From NCBI RefSeq assembly GCF_030028105.1, contig NC_092393.1:12962012-13026011 (forward strand): a stretch of 64,000 bases of DNA, read 5' to 3'. Position 1 is the first letter of the stretch, and each line of letters starts with the position of its first letter. Below the pieces are notes generated by a model, which worked only from the letters and a program-made list of their open reading frames with translations, did not search any database and was not told the DNA's origin. The stretch is from Mobula birostris (lineage: Eukaryota). The translations under genes were made by a program, and so were the position numbers. Of this stretch, positions 51,650 to 63,461 are shown piece by piece.

Positions 51650-52065
51650 AGTTGTGGCTGAGTTTGCAACTTTCTTCAGCCTTTTTCCAGTCCTGTGCAG
51701 TAGCCCCTCCATATCAGACTCCATATTCAGTTAGAATGTTCTCCATGGTACATCTGTAGAAATTTGATAGTGTCCTTGGTGACAAACCAAATCTTCTCAA
51801 ACTCCTAATGAAATATAGCTATTGTCATGTCTTCCTCATAATTGCATTGATATGTTGGCCCAGGATAGATTGTCAGAGATGTTAACACACAGGAACTTGA
51901 AATTGCTCACACTTTTCAGTGCTGATCCCTTGACGAGGATGATGTATGTTCCCTTGACTTCCCCTTCCTGAGGTCCACAATCAATTCTTTGGTCTTACTG
52001 ATGTTGAGTGCAAGGCTGCTGTTGTGATACAACTCAGCCTGTTGTTCTATCTCACCCCAGTACAT
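51650..52065 (-). mobile_element. Rex1/Babar-type LINE internal fragment
   Basis: Minus strand LALNISKTKELIVD and LRRFGLSP..FYRCTMENIL. Confidence 0.8.
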
Positions 52066-52289
52066 AGGAGGAACATAGAAGGAGACAAATCATTCCAGAT
52101 AGTCCACACCCTCTGCTGCATTCGCCACCCTCTTCCTAGAGCCTATAAAATAGATTTTACTTCTCCATGCTGAAGACATTTCAAGAGTCAACAGAGGGAT
52201 TAGTCTTTCTCAAGACAGAATCCATTGTGGCCTGAAATACTCTTTGCTGTTCATATCCTGTTGGAGTGGGAGCTGGTCTGCACACCTTT

Positions 52290-52560
52290 AATCAGAATCA
52301 GAATCAAAATCCAGTCTAATATCACTGGTATGTGTCGTGAAATTTGTTAACTTTGCGGCAGCAGTACAAAATAATACATGATAAACAAATATAGAGAAAA
52401 AACTTCAATTACAGTAAGTATATATATATGTATTAAATGGTTAAGCTAAAATAATAAGTGAAAAAAAACAAATAGAAAACTAGTGAGGTAGTGTTCATGG
52501 GTTCAATGTCCATTCAGAAATCGGTTGGTAGAGCAGAAGAAGCTGTTCCTGAATCCTGAA
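52290..52560 (-). mobile_element. Rex1/Babar-type LINE 3' end
   Basis: (aatcag)n tail; FRNSFFCSTNRFLNGH end. Confidence 0.8.
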
Positions 52561-53074
52561 TGAAACTTTCTGCAGAGTTTTCTAGCACAGAACCTATGCA
52601 GCAAAGTGTTCACAGTGAAAATTGTCAGAATTATATAATGTGTCTGAGAAGTGTACATATGTCTCTAAATGCATGCATTTTACTGCCATTATCTGGAGGC
52701 AGGAGTCTAGCATGGATTAATGTCAAATATTAAGCTTGCTGTATTGCTTAAAACACCCCATTATTGTCCATGTAAACCTTTTTATTGTAAGCTAATTTGT
52801 GTTTGTCCAACATATCCTCATCCAGTGTGTACTTTAATACAAATCAATATGATGCTTTCAAAGCAGGACTTTGCATCAGCTGAATCCATGCTGGGGAAGC
52901 ACAAAGGATTCCAATCAGCTAGTGCTCCATTGAAGGAGGGGTACGACTCAAAGAGACAGTGACCATCAGAATATTAGTTGCAGAGGTAGTGACTATCAAG
53001 GCATGATTTAAAGAGATTGTGATCATCAGCAAGTTACTTATAGAGGCAGTGACTATGAGGAAACAGCTTGACTA

Positions 53075-53373
53075 TCATTTTGAGGATAGAGGGGAAGCCT
53101 TTTAGGACCGAGATTAGGAAAAACTTCTTCACACAGAAAGTGGTGAATCTGTGGAATTCTCTGCCACAGGAAACAGTTGAGGCCAGTTCATTGGCTATAT
53201 TTAAGAGGGAGTTAGATATGGCCCTTGTGGCTACGTTGGCCAGGGGGTATGGAGGGAAGGCTGGGGCGGTGTTCTGAGTTGGATGATCAGCCATGATCAT
53301 AATGAATGGTGGTGCAGGCTCGAAGGGCCGAATGGCCTACTCCCGCACCTATTTTCTATGTTTCTATGTTTCT
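53075..53373 (+). mobile_element. CR1 LINE 3' end, young
   Basis: GKPFRTEIRKNFFTQKVVNLWNSLP; tail gggccgaatggcctactcc..(ttctatgt)n. Confidence 0.92.
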
Positions 53374-54599
53374 AATCCCATGGTTAGCTTTCAACGGAGT
53401 TATTCAATAAAATTGACACATTTGTCTATAGTTGATTAGCATTGCTTTCCCCTAGGTAGATGGAGATGTTGAGTTTGCCAGCAGTTCATTGGATTGCAGA
53501 ATTTGTTGTGTTTTATTGTACTGCTGTGTTTGCCAGGGATTAATAGCAAATTGTCTGCATTATTGCAGAGGGGAAGCTGTTACGTGACATGTGGCCAGGA
53601 GTTTGAATGTGACCTCGAGAGAGTGTGGAAATCAGATACATATGTTGCTGACAAGCTAACAAGGCTAAATTCAAGCCCAATTAAATCCCTTCCATTTACT
53701 CCAGAACACTGTTTTACCCTATGGGTATTTTTTATTCTCTGGAAAATGCTCGATAAATAAGTATTAATTACCAGAAGTCTATGTTTAGACTTCCCTGATT
53801 TTCTGGTACCTACATATCATTCCCTGCTGTGCTGTTGTTGTCCCCTTTGCCAGGTAGAACTGAAATCACAGTGACATCCAACTGTGACATTAGCTCTCCT
53901 GCCCTGAGAGCATATTACCCAGGCAGCTAACTTCCGTTCTTCCGAAACAACAAACATTATGAAAGAATTTGCTTGTGAAGGCAGCTGAGCTACAGTTTAG
54001 TCTAGTCCCTGCATGGGACAGAATGAGTAAATTCAGGAGGAAACAGAATGGGCAGAGAAAGGAAACACAATTATAAAGGGGATTCTTTGAAATCTGCAGG
54101 TGTAATTGACCTGGACTCAGATGGGCTGAATGATTCTGACTGTTCATCCTGGACATATTTATAATTTGAATTTCTATCAAACTGTTCTCTTGGAAAGGCA
54201 ACTACTTGAAATGCTAATTCTCTTCACAGACACTGCCTGACCTGTTGAGTAACTTCAGGACTTTCTGCTTTTAAATTAGGCTATTAAACTATTGAATAGA
54301 TAACCAGTATGGCAAGAGATGCAGTCAATAGGTTACTATATATGTAACCACAATATGAGTTTATTACATACACTATAGCATGCTAATTTATATAATCCCT
54401 CTGAGCGAAATTGCATGCCTTACAAAGTATATCAACTCTCCAAACCAATATCCATACTGTACCTAGATGGAAGTTGTTCTAGATCCATACATATCAGGAT
54501 TGTTTCTCCCTCTTGTGCAATCACATCAATCATAAATGACAAGATGATTAAAGAGATTAAAGAGATCCTGTTATCAGCATCTGTGTCCCATGGATTTAA

Positions 54600-54830
54600 T
54601 ACAATAAAAATAAGAATCGCACCTTGGCTGTCATCAGATCGAACTATCACACCATCTGTTGTAATGGGAGTGTCCTGGGGTGCTGGTAGAGTAATAATAT
54701 CCCCAATGCAGTACCAACCTAACATTAGTTATAACTATATTAGATCAGTGACAGTTTCAAAATTGCTCACTGATTGTGAGACACTCTAACAAGATCATGA
54801 GGATGTGAAAAGCAGTTTATAAATGTTTTA
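54600..54830 (+). mobile_element. Deu-core SINE remnant
   Basis: cagtgacagtttcaaaattgctcactgattgtgagacact..tgaggatgtgaaaagcagtttataaatg resembles the Deu-SINE 3' end. Confidence 0.5.
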
Positions 54831-55099
54831 TTTTACTGCAATAGAAATAGCATTGGAGATGAGAATGGCTTTTGTTCTGATGATTAGTTCATTTTCTTTG
54901 AGAAAGTACACCATGAATGGCTTTTTCTCTTCAGTTCTCTCTTTTGAAACAAGCTTTTAATTGTCTGTTGATTGAAATCATCCTTCCTTTGTCAAGAAGA
55001 TTCCATCAGTGATGTTCAGACGCCACTTTATTCTCATTTCTTCCTGAATAGTAGGAAGAATAGTAGGAAGAAGTGACCCCGCCCTGGCCACCCTTTCAT

Positions 55100-55280
55100 G
55101 GAGACACAAGAGACCGCAGATGCTGGAACCTGGAGCAACGAGCAATCTGTTGGGGGAGTTCAACAGGGTGAGCAGCATCTGCAGAAAGAAAGGAGTTGTC
55201 AATACTTCAGAACCTGATGCAGGGTTTTGACCCAAAATGTTGATAATTCCATTTGTTGCACAGCTTCTATTTGCCCAATG
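55100..55280. mobile_element. Fold-back PLE terminal element
   Basis: Minus-strand arm cgcagatgctggaacctggagcaac..gttgtcaatac joined to plus-strand arm cctgatgcagggttttgacccaaaatgttgataa. Confidence 0.75.
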
Positions 55281-55634
55281 ACTTCTTGTCTGCTGGACAG
55301 TGCCTGGTATCATCTCTAATATTTGACCCAGAATCTAAACAGATCAAAGCTGAAATATTTTCAAGCATGCTTAATTTAGATTAATCAGTTTTATACAAAA
55401 CATTCTAGTTACTTAGGGGAAACACATCTTGCTATTCCTGGCTCTGTAATGGCTTAATAACTGGATCAATAGCTGCACATAAAAAAAGAATTAACATCTT
55501 TATAACGATGTTCATTATCTCAGGAATCTCCAAAGTCGTTTATAGTGGGAGAAATCATTATGAACCCATCACTGCTGTAATGTAGGAAACATAGCTTAAT
55601 GAACCCATCACTGCTGTAATGTAGGAGACATAAA

Positions 55635-55851
55635 CAAGTTGTGGATCTGTGGAATGCTCTGCCTCAGAAGGCAGTGGAAGCCAATTCTCTGGATGCTTTC
55701 AAGAAAGAGTTAGAGCTTTTAAAGATAGTGGAGTCAAAGGATATGGAGAGAAGGCAGGAACGGGGTACTAATTGTGGATGATCAGCTATGATCACAGTGA
55801 ATGGCGGTGCTGGTTCAAAGGGCTGAATGGCCTACTCCTGCATCTATTGTC
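55635..55851 (+). mobile_element. CR1 LINE 3' end inserted in a Deu-core SINE (host pieces ~55480-55630 and ~58367-58560, minus strand)
   Basis: tctgtggaatgctctgcctcagaaggcagtgg..gggctgaatggcctactcctgcatctattgtct. Confidence 0.85.
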
Positions 55852-55859
55852 TATAGCAG

Positions 55860-58366
55860 GCGTTTATCTTCAGATCTGAATGATTATGCCACAGTTGTCA
55901 ACGACTTCGTCAACACCTGAGTGGATTAGATTATGAGGATGCTCAGTCCTCATTTATTGTCATTTAGAAATGCATGCATTAAGAAATGATACAATGTTCC
56001 TCCAGAATGATATCACAGAAACACAGGACAGACCAAGACTAAAACTGACAAAAACCACATAATTATAACATATAGTTACAACAATGCAAAGCAATACCAT
56101 AATTTGATAAAGAGCAGACCATGGGCACAGTAAAAAAAGAAGTCTCAAAGTCCCAATAGCCCCATCATCTCACGCAGACAGTAGAAGGGAGAAACTCTCC
56201 CTGCCATGAGCCTCCAGCACCGCAAACTTGCCGATGCAGCACCCTGGAAGCGCCCGACCACAGCCAACTCTGAGTCCGTCTGAAAACTTCGAGCCTCTGA
56301 CCGGCCCTCTGACACCGAGCACCGAGCACCATCTCTGCCGAGCACTTTGACCCCGCCCTGGCCACCGAGCAACAAGCAAAGCCGAGGACTCGGGGCCTTC
56401 CCCTTCGGAGATTCTGGATCGCACAGTAGCAGCGGCAGTGAAACAGGCATTTCAGAAGTTTCACCAGATGTTCCTCCGCGCTTCTCACGTCTGCCTCCAT
56501 CAAATCAGGATTGTGCACGACATCCTACATGACAAATAACAGATATTCATCACTGGAGTGGCCGCTGCGCGCTGCATCGCGTTGCCATTTTCGTCCTTTG
56601 TGTGAGCCTTCAAGAACGTACTGGACATATGGTAACCAGAAGCTGTGGATGAACCAGGAGATTTGCAGTCTGAGGGCTAGATTTTTGGCTTTCAAGACCA
56701 TTCATCTAGAACTATACAAGAAGTCTGGGTACAAGCTATGGAAGGCTATTTTTAGTGCGAAAAAGAAATTCTACTGAAGTTCGAGAGGGAACCGGATGCA
56801 TGTCAGCTCTGGAAAAGGGTGCAGGCCATTACTTCTGACAAGGTCATACCTAACATCACAAATGACTGAGATGCCTCACTCTCAGATGAGCTCAATGCTT
56901 TTCACGCTCACTTTGAAAGGCAGAATAAAGCTGCACCTGTGTGAGTTCCTGCAGCTTCTGGTGACCCTGTGATTTCTGTCTCAAAGGCCGACGTCAGAAC
57001 ATCTTTCGAGAGTGTGAACCCTCACAAGGTGTCAGACCTCAATGGTGTGCATGGTAGATCACTGAAAAACCTATGCCAACCAAATGGAAGGAGTGTTTAA
57101 GGACATCTTCAACCTCTTACTGCTGCAGTCAGAGGTTCCCACTTGCCTCTTGGGTGTGCCAGTACCCAAGAAAACCAGGATGAGCTGTCTTAATGATATC
57201 ACCAAGAAGCATTCAATTCTACTGCGCTGGTCAGAATTTACTCCTGCCTAATGAAGGACCAGGACCCGCAGAAATTTGCCTATCGCCACAGTAGGTCTAC
57301 AATAAGTTCAATCTCATTGGCTATCCAGTCGGCTTTGGAACACCGGGACAACAGCAATAGCTTTATCAGGTTGCCATTTATTGATTACAGCTCAGTGTTT
57401 AACACCATCATGCCCTCAGTACTAATCAACAAGCTTCAAAGCCTCTGTAGCCCATTCTGCAACTGGATCCTCGACTTCCTTACCGGGAAACTGCAGCCTG
57501 TGCGGATCGGAAATAATGTCCCCACCTCGCTGACAATCTACACAGGCAACGTCTTAGCCTGCTGCTGTACCTTCTATACTCCAGTGAGTGTGTTACTAGC
57601 TACAACTCAAATACCATCGATAAATTTGCCGATGACTCTACTGTTGCTGGCAGAATTTCAGATGGTGACGTGGAGGCATGAAGAAGTGAGACACATCAGC
57701 TCGCTGAGTGCTGTCGCAACAACAACCTTGTATTTAATGTCACTAAGACCGGAGAATTGACTGAGGACTTGAGGAAGATGTTGAGGGAACACACACCAGC
57801 CCTCATTGAGGGATCGGCAGAGGAAAGGGTGAGTGGTTTCAAGTTCCTAGGTGTCAACATCACTGAAGGTATATCCCAGGCCCAACATTCTAACTGTTTG
57901 CAACATCATCTGGTTATGTTGGGGGGGAGGGGGGCTGCACTGCACAGGATTGAAAAACGCCGCAGAGAGTTGCAAATTTAGCCAGCTCCATCTTGGCACC
58001 AGCCTCCCCAGCATTGAGGACGTCTTCAAAAGGCCATGTCTCAAAAAAGCAGCATTAACCAATAAAGATCTCCATCACCGAGAACTTGCTTTCTTCTCAT
58101 TGCTACCATCAGGGAAGAGGCACAGGAGCCTGAAGACACACATTCAACATTTTAGGAACAATTTCTTCCCCTCTGCCGTCAGATTTCTGAATGGACAATA
58201 AATGCTACCTCACAGTTTTTGTTTGCATGTCTTAATTAATTTAATTTTTATACATATTTCTCAACATAGTTTACATTTTGCTTTTATGTATTGTGCCACA
58301 CTACTCCGGCTAGACAACACATATCATGACACATATCAATGATATTAAACCTGATTCTGATTCTGA
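55860..58366 (+). mobile_element. Rex1/Babar-type LINE, 5'-truncated
   Basis: NQKLWMNQEI, FAYR..RST..I, RLPFIDYSSVFNTI, KFADDSTV, LLPSGKRHRSLKT..NFFPSAVRFLN; (gattct)n tail; 8-bp TSD tatagcag (55852-59, 58367-74). Confidence 0.92.
55926..56592 (-). mobile_element. ~670-bp non-autonomous retroposon, copy 1
   Basis: Homologous end to end with 62020-62700; interrupts the Rex1 ORF; 5' aaaatggc, 3' tgacaataaa..(aatct) tail. Confidence 0.85.
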
Positions 58367-59034
58367 TATAGCAGCTAACTTGTACACAGCAAGGTCTTAA
58401 AAATTGCCATCACAATATGATAAGGACAGGCCTTGTTGGTGGAGAATGCAAGCTGGCCAGGATACTGGGCAGAACTCCCTTTCACAATTAAATAACGTAA
58501 TGCGTATTATCACGACCAAATTGCCCAGCTGAAGTGGAGGCGGGGCTTAGATTAATGTCTCAATCTACGTACTGTGGTCAGTGTCTGTTCATCCCTTTAA
58601 GAATTGAAATGTTAATTTGATTATTGTCTTTCAAGCCTATTAATCTTAATTGTTTGATGGTCAAAGTAAAGTTTTGCAAAGATCACTGTTGTCTTGGAAT
58701 GACAAATTGTGTTGTTGTTCATTACTCTTCAACTGTAACATACACAGATCTTTCAACTGGGATTATTTCAATTTGCTTAAAAGGCAAGAATACACATGAG
58801 ATGATGGCAGTACTGCACAGGAGGTCAAATGCATTCTAAAGTAAAATCTGGAATGCTGGAAATATGAAATCAGTCACTGAGTGACATCCAATTCCAAAAA
58901 TGGGTTCAGTTCATCAGTCTAAATTAATGTTAAATTACCTCTTTAAGAGATAAATCAGCTATCAGGTTTGGAATTTGAAATGAAATCATTTCCCCCTCTT
59001 CTGAATCTTATGATTTGAAGACTTTGCCTTTTTC

Positions 59035-59320
59035 CCAGGGTGGAAATTTCAAATACTGAAAGACATAGCTCTCATACTCGGAAAGTTTAATGGAGATTTA
59101 CAAGGCAAGTTTTATTCACACAGTACCTGGAGAAGGATGCCAGGGAAAGTGGAGGAAACAGATACAATGGCAACATGTAAGCATTTGGATAGACACTCAC
59201 CAGCCAGTGAATGGAGGGATACACACCACATGCAGGCAGATGGGATTAGTTTGAATTAGCATCATGATCGGCACTGTTGTGTTGGACCACCGAAAGGCCT
59301 GTTCTTGTGTTTTCCTCGTA
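59035..59320 (+). mobile_element. CR1 LINE 3' fragment, diverged
   Basis: tttttcccagggtggaaatttcaaatact..ggagatttacaaggcaagtttt..gaaaggcctgtt. Confidence 0.7.
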
Positions 59321-59759
59321 CTCTCAATCCCTAATCAGTTTTTTCAGCTAGACGTACCAAACATTCAATAGGTAAAACAGAGAATTTGCACAAGGTGTGG
59401 ATCACCTGAAGTTGGGTTGACTATGGAGGGGCAGAAAGATCATGTTAAAACTACGAAGTAGTATTTGGGCTACAAATGTATTAATGTGCGTATTTCTGGT
59501 CATCACACTTGAAGGATGAGCAGATCCCAGGAAGGGTGGGGTAAAGGTGCTAGAGTGATTCCTGAAAGTGTACAGAATGATGAGCAGATCATTATTGGTA
59601 AATATTATCACTTATGGATGGTTCATGAATCTAAAGCAAGGGTGAATGATACAGGAGGGAGGTAGAAACAAAGAGTAGTTCTAACTTGGAAGTTGTTGTT
59701 GATGTGGAGCTGATAAAGTTGGAACAGATTCAGTCAGGGACTTCAAAGGGATAGAAACA

Positions 59760-60050
59760 TAAAGATTTTAAAAGATTAGCTTTATTTGTCATATGTACCT
59801 CAAAACATTGAAGCACACAGTGCAATGAAATGCATCCTTTGTGTCATCAACCAACGTAGTCCGTGGGTTGTGCTGGGGGCAGCCTGCAAGTGTTGCCATG
59901 CTTCTGTCACCACAACTCTCTAACCCTAACCCATGCCCTTACCATATGCGTTTGAATGTGGGACGAAACTGGAGCACCTGGTAGGAGAAACCTACCGAGT
60001 CACGGGGAGAACATACATACATATAGGCAGCAGCTACACTTCTGTGCCTC
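59760..60050 (-). mobile_element. V-SINE with non-CR1 (Rex-like) tail
   Basis: V-domain tgtgggacgaaactggagcacctgg..cacggggagaac; minus-strand tail gtacatatgacaaataaagctaatctt. Confidence 0.7.
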
Positions 60051-60779
60051 ACTACTATGGCTCAAGGGGCATTGCAGGGAAAAGGGCTTGAATGGATTGT
60101 TCTGGCATAGATTTGATGGGCTGAATGCCCTCCTCCCATGATGCGAGAGCTGTATGATTCTCACCTCTCAATGGTGCCACTGATGCAGCAGAATGTCATG
60201 ACATTTCCAGCTTTGATGCTATTCCCCAATGAGACTGATAGCTCTACAGAGTTATTGCTTGATCACAAAATGCTCGCAGCGTGTTTCAGTTCTGGCTGTG
60301 CCTTTGATTTGCTTTTCATTAAAAAATTCTGAAAGCTTCACATCACAGGGCAAAGATGCTTGAATCTGTGACCCAGATTCAGATTAACTACAAAGACCAT
60401 ATCTACTGTTCAATCACTTTTAAAAAGATATACAAAAAATTGTCACTGTTCATTCTTTGCAAACTTTTCCTTTCTAGAATATATTAATCCAAATCAATTT
60501 TGTAGTACCTAATGACAGAATAGGACTTGGAAACTAATAATAATTTATAGAATCAAGAAAATGCTGGATGTTCACAAATTTGCCCTCCAAGTGACTGGAG
60601 AGTAAGATTGAGAAAGATTAAAGTCCAGCATTCCATCAAACTGTGGAACTCTGTCAGAGAAAATTGGTTTAAAAGCACCCTTGTGTATTTAGTTGTCCAA
60701 TATGTAAGCTTACATCTTGATTAACTTTTGACTTGGATAGCCTGGCCTTATCTCTTATTGAGGAAGCCCAGGATTCTTA

Positions 60780-60995
60780 TTTATGCATTTCCTTACAACA
60801 TAGGAGACCACCTTGGCCCATTGACTCTATGCCAGTTCACAGAATCTCCTACACACTAGGGGCAATTAAACCACCAACCTCCACGTCTTTGGGATATGAA
60901 CGGAAACCCTGGAGGAAACTCAGGCGGTCACAAGGAGAACTTGCAAACTCCTCACAGACAGGTAACATTCTATTAGCTACATCACTATGCTGCCA
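60780..60995 (-). mobile_element. V-SINE, diverged
   Basis: acgtctttgggatatgaacggaaaccctggaggaaactc..ggagaacttgcaaactcctcacagaca. Confidence 0.7.
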
Positions 60996-61234
60996 GTTAA
61001 TTTAGCTAACTGTACTCTCAGCAGGTTCTACCAGTTGCAGGATTATACACTTATATACTTAGGATACAGAACATAGAACAGTACAGCACCAGAAACGGCC
61101 CTTCAGACCATGATGTCATGCCAGACAAATTCAACCATTAATTAAATGCCTAACTAATCTAATCTTTTCTACCTACACAACGTCCATGCCCTCCATTCTC
61201 TGCACATTCATATCCCTCTCAAATAGCCTCTTAA

Positions 61235-61905
61235 AGGCTGATTTATACTTGTGCGTCAAATGTACACCATAGGTACGGCGTAGCCATGTACCCTACGCCA
61301 AACTCTACGCCGTAGCCTAACGTGCACCTCTCCCAAAATGTAACTACGCATCGCGGCAATGCAAACTGCAACAACTGCGATTGGTCAGCTTGGTAGCATC
61401 GCATTTCCTCCTACGCTGCAATAGCTTCCCATCGGGCGACTGAAGGGCAGGGAAGGAATCCTGGCTGCAATGCTTTCCATAAAGCTTTACAGACCTCCGA
61501 AATTATGGAGGACCCTGTGCTTGACGCCAGTTTGTAGCTAACTGCTACAGCCTGTTGACTTCCACCTGAAGCTAAAACTCGAATGGTGATTGCCAGTCTC
61601 TGTGCGTACACTGATGCGAAATAAATGGTTGGAGACGATGAACCGAATCATCAAATCTACCTGCCAACATCCGAAAGTATTTGAAATGCATTTCCTCGTA
61701 CATGTCTCCCAGTGGCCGGACAAGCACAGAAAATTCACCCTCCTTCAGTTTCAGTCGCCATTGTTTGAAGTTTGAGTTTCTTCGTGTTGAAACTCAACAC
61801 GAAGAAACTCAACACGGTGGCATAGAAACGCCACCGCCAACTAACGTTTTGGCAGTGAATTGCAGAGCAATGCAGACACACCAACGCACAAGTATAAATC
61901 AGCCT
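61235..61905 (-). mobile_element. PIF/Harbinger non-autonomous deletion derivative
   Basis: 22-bp perfect TIR aggctgatttatacttgtgcgt / acgcacaagtataaatcagcct; TAA TSD; internal [13 protein letters not shown] and [29 protein letters not shown] (Harbinger transposase N-terminal HTH). Confidence 0.93.
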
Positions 61906-62019
61906 TAAGCTTCCCTGTTGTATTTGCCTCCATTACCACTCCTGCAAGACATTCCTGGCACCTACTTACCTGCACATTTGAAGTCTCACCTTGACTGCAG
62001 GACCTATGGTATTAGACAT

Positions 62020-62700
62020 TTAGATTATGAGAACACTCAGTCCTCTTTTATTGTCATTTAGAAATGCATACATGCATTAAGAAATGATACAATGTTTCTC
62101 CGGCGTGATATCACAGAAAACAAGACAGACCAAAGACTAACACTGACAAAACCACATAATTATACCATATAGTTACAGCAGTGCAAAGCAATACCGTAAT
62201 TTGATGAAGGACAGTCCAGAGGCACAGTAAAAAAAGTAGTCTCAAAGTCCCTGAGCCAATCGACTCCCGAGCCCTTGATAGCGACGGTAGAAGGTAGAAA
62301 CTCCCAGCCATAAATCTCTAGGCACCGTCAATTTGCCGATACCTTGGAAGCAGCCAACCACAGCCGACCCTGAGTCCATCCGTCCAAAAACTCCGAGCTT
62401 CCGAGCAGCCTCTCTGATACAGCCTCCCGAGCGCTATCCTCTGCCGAGCGCCTTCAACTTCTCCCCGGCCGCTGAAACACGCAAAGCCGAGGATTTCGAG
62501 GCCTTCAGCTTCAGAGATTCCAGTTACCACTCAGTAGCAGCAGTAGCAAAGCAGACATTTCAGAAGTTTTCCAGATGTTCCGCTATGCACTCACATCTGT
62601 TTCTGTCAAATCAGGAATTGTGCACGGTCCCCTACTTGACAGATAACAGATATTCATCACCGGAGAGGCCGCGCGCGCTGCCGTCTCGCCGCCATCTTCT
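62020..62700 (-). mobile_element. ~680-bp non-autonomous retroposon, copy 2
   Basis: Starts aagatggcggcg on minus strand, ends tgacaataaaagaggactgagtgttctcataatct; homologous to 55926-56592. Confidence 0.85.
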
Positions 62701-63461
62701 TGCCATTTTGACCCTGGGAAAAAGGTTCTGGTTGTCTACTCTATCTATGCCTCTTATAAGTTATAAACTTCTAACAGGTTTCCGCTCAGCCTCTGTCATT
62801 CCAGACAAAAACAACCCTAATACATCCAGCCTATCCTTATAGCACATGCCCTCCAAACCAAGTAGCATCTCAGTAAACTTCTCCTGCACCTATAGGTCCC
62901 TGTGCTCTTGCACGTTCTTTAAGGAATGCGCTTGTTATTATTTCTCCTGCCTGTTTCTGACAATAAAATCACTTCATAGTTCTTTATACTTTATTTTGTG
63001 ACCTATTTCTCTTTCCATTCTACCATTTGCGTCTGCTTATGGCCTGTTTCTCATTTACAGTACTGAGTACAGTGTCATTTGTAAATATTGAAATTCTGCC
63101 TTGCACATATTACCAAATAGTAAAAATAGTTACAAACTTAACCTGGCTGCTGAGCAATTAAAAAAGAAGTTGTATTTTCATCACAGATGGTGATTAAACC
63201 CTGAAGGAGCATGTTTTTCATTCTTAAGTTCACATACTGAGAACTCTTATCAGTTGGAATAAGTGCAAAGAAATACAAACCAAAGTAAATTGTTCTGATA
63301 CAGTAAGAGTGGGATTCATAGAGTGCTGGGACATGATGGAGACACATTGGACAGTATTGCATTTGGTGAGACACAAAGCAAGGAAGAGAAAAGTACATTC
63401 AGGTATGATTCAAATAAAAAATACTAAAATCTGATGATAAATTGTATTATTTATGATTAGC

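Larger units (their letters stand above)
61064..62890 (-). mobile_element. CR1 LINE 3' fragment interrupted by two insertions
   Basis: agaacatagaacagtacagcac..ggcccttc tail; resumes at ~61909 and ~62705 (gaccctgggaaaaagg..ctactctatctatgcctc). Confidence 0.85.

Noticed and set aside
54415-54789. Overlapping 124-aa and 97-aa ORFs as a host exon
   Set aside because: No recognisable domain, and the region overlaps a Deu-SINE-like remnant
55560-55630. Direct repeats as a CRISPR-like array
   Set aside because: Only two units, eukaryotic context; a local duplication at a CR1 insertion junction
56145-56532. Multiple overlapping ORFs of 60-117 aa (and 62333..62842)
   Set aside because: Not conserved in frame between the two copies of the element; they reflect GC-rich, stop-poor sequence
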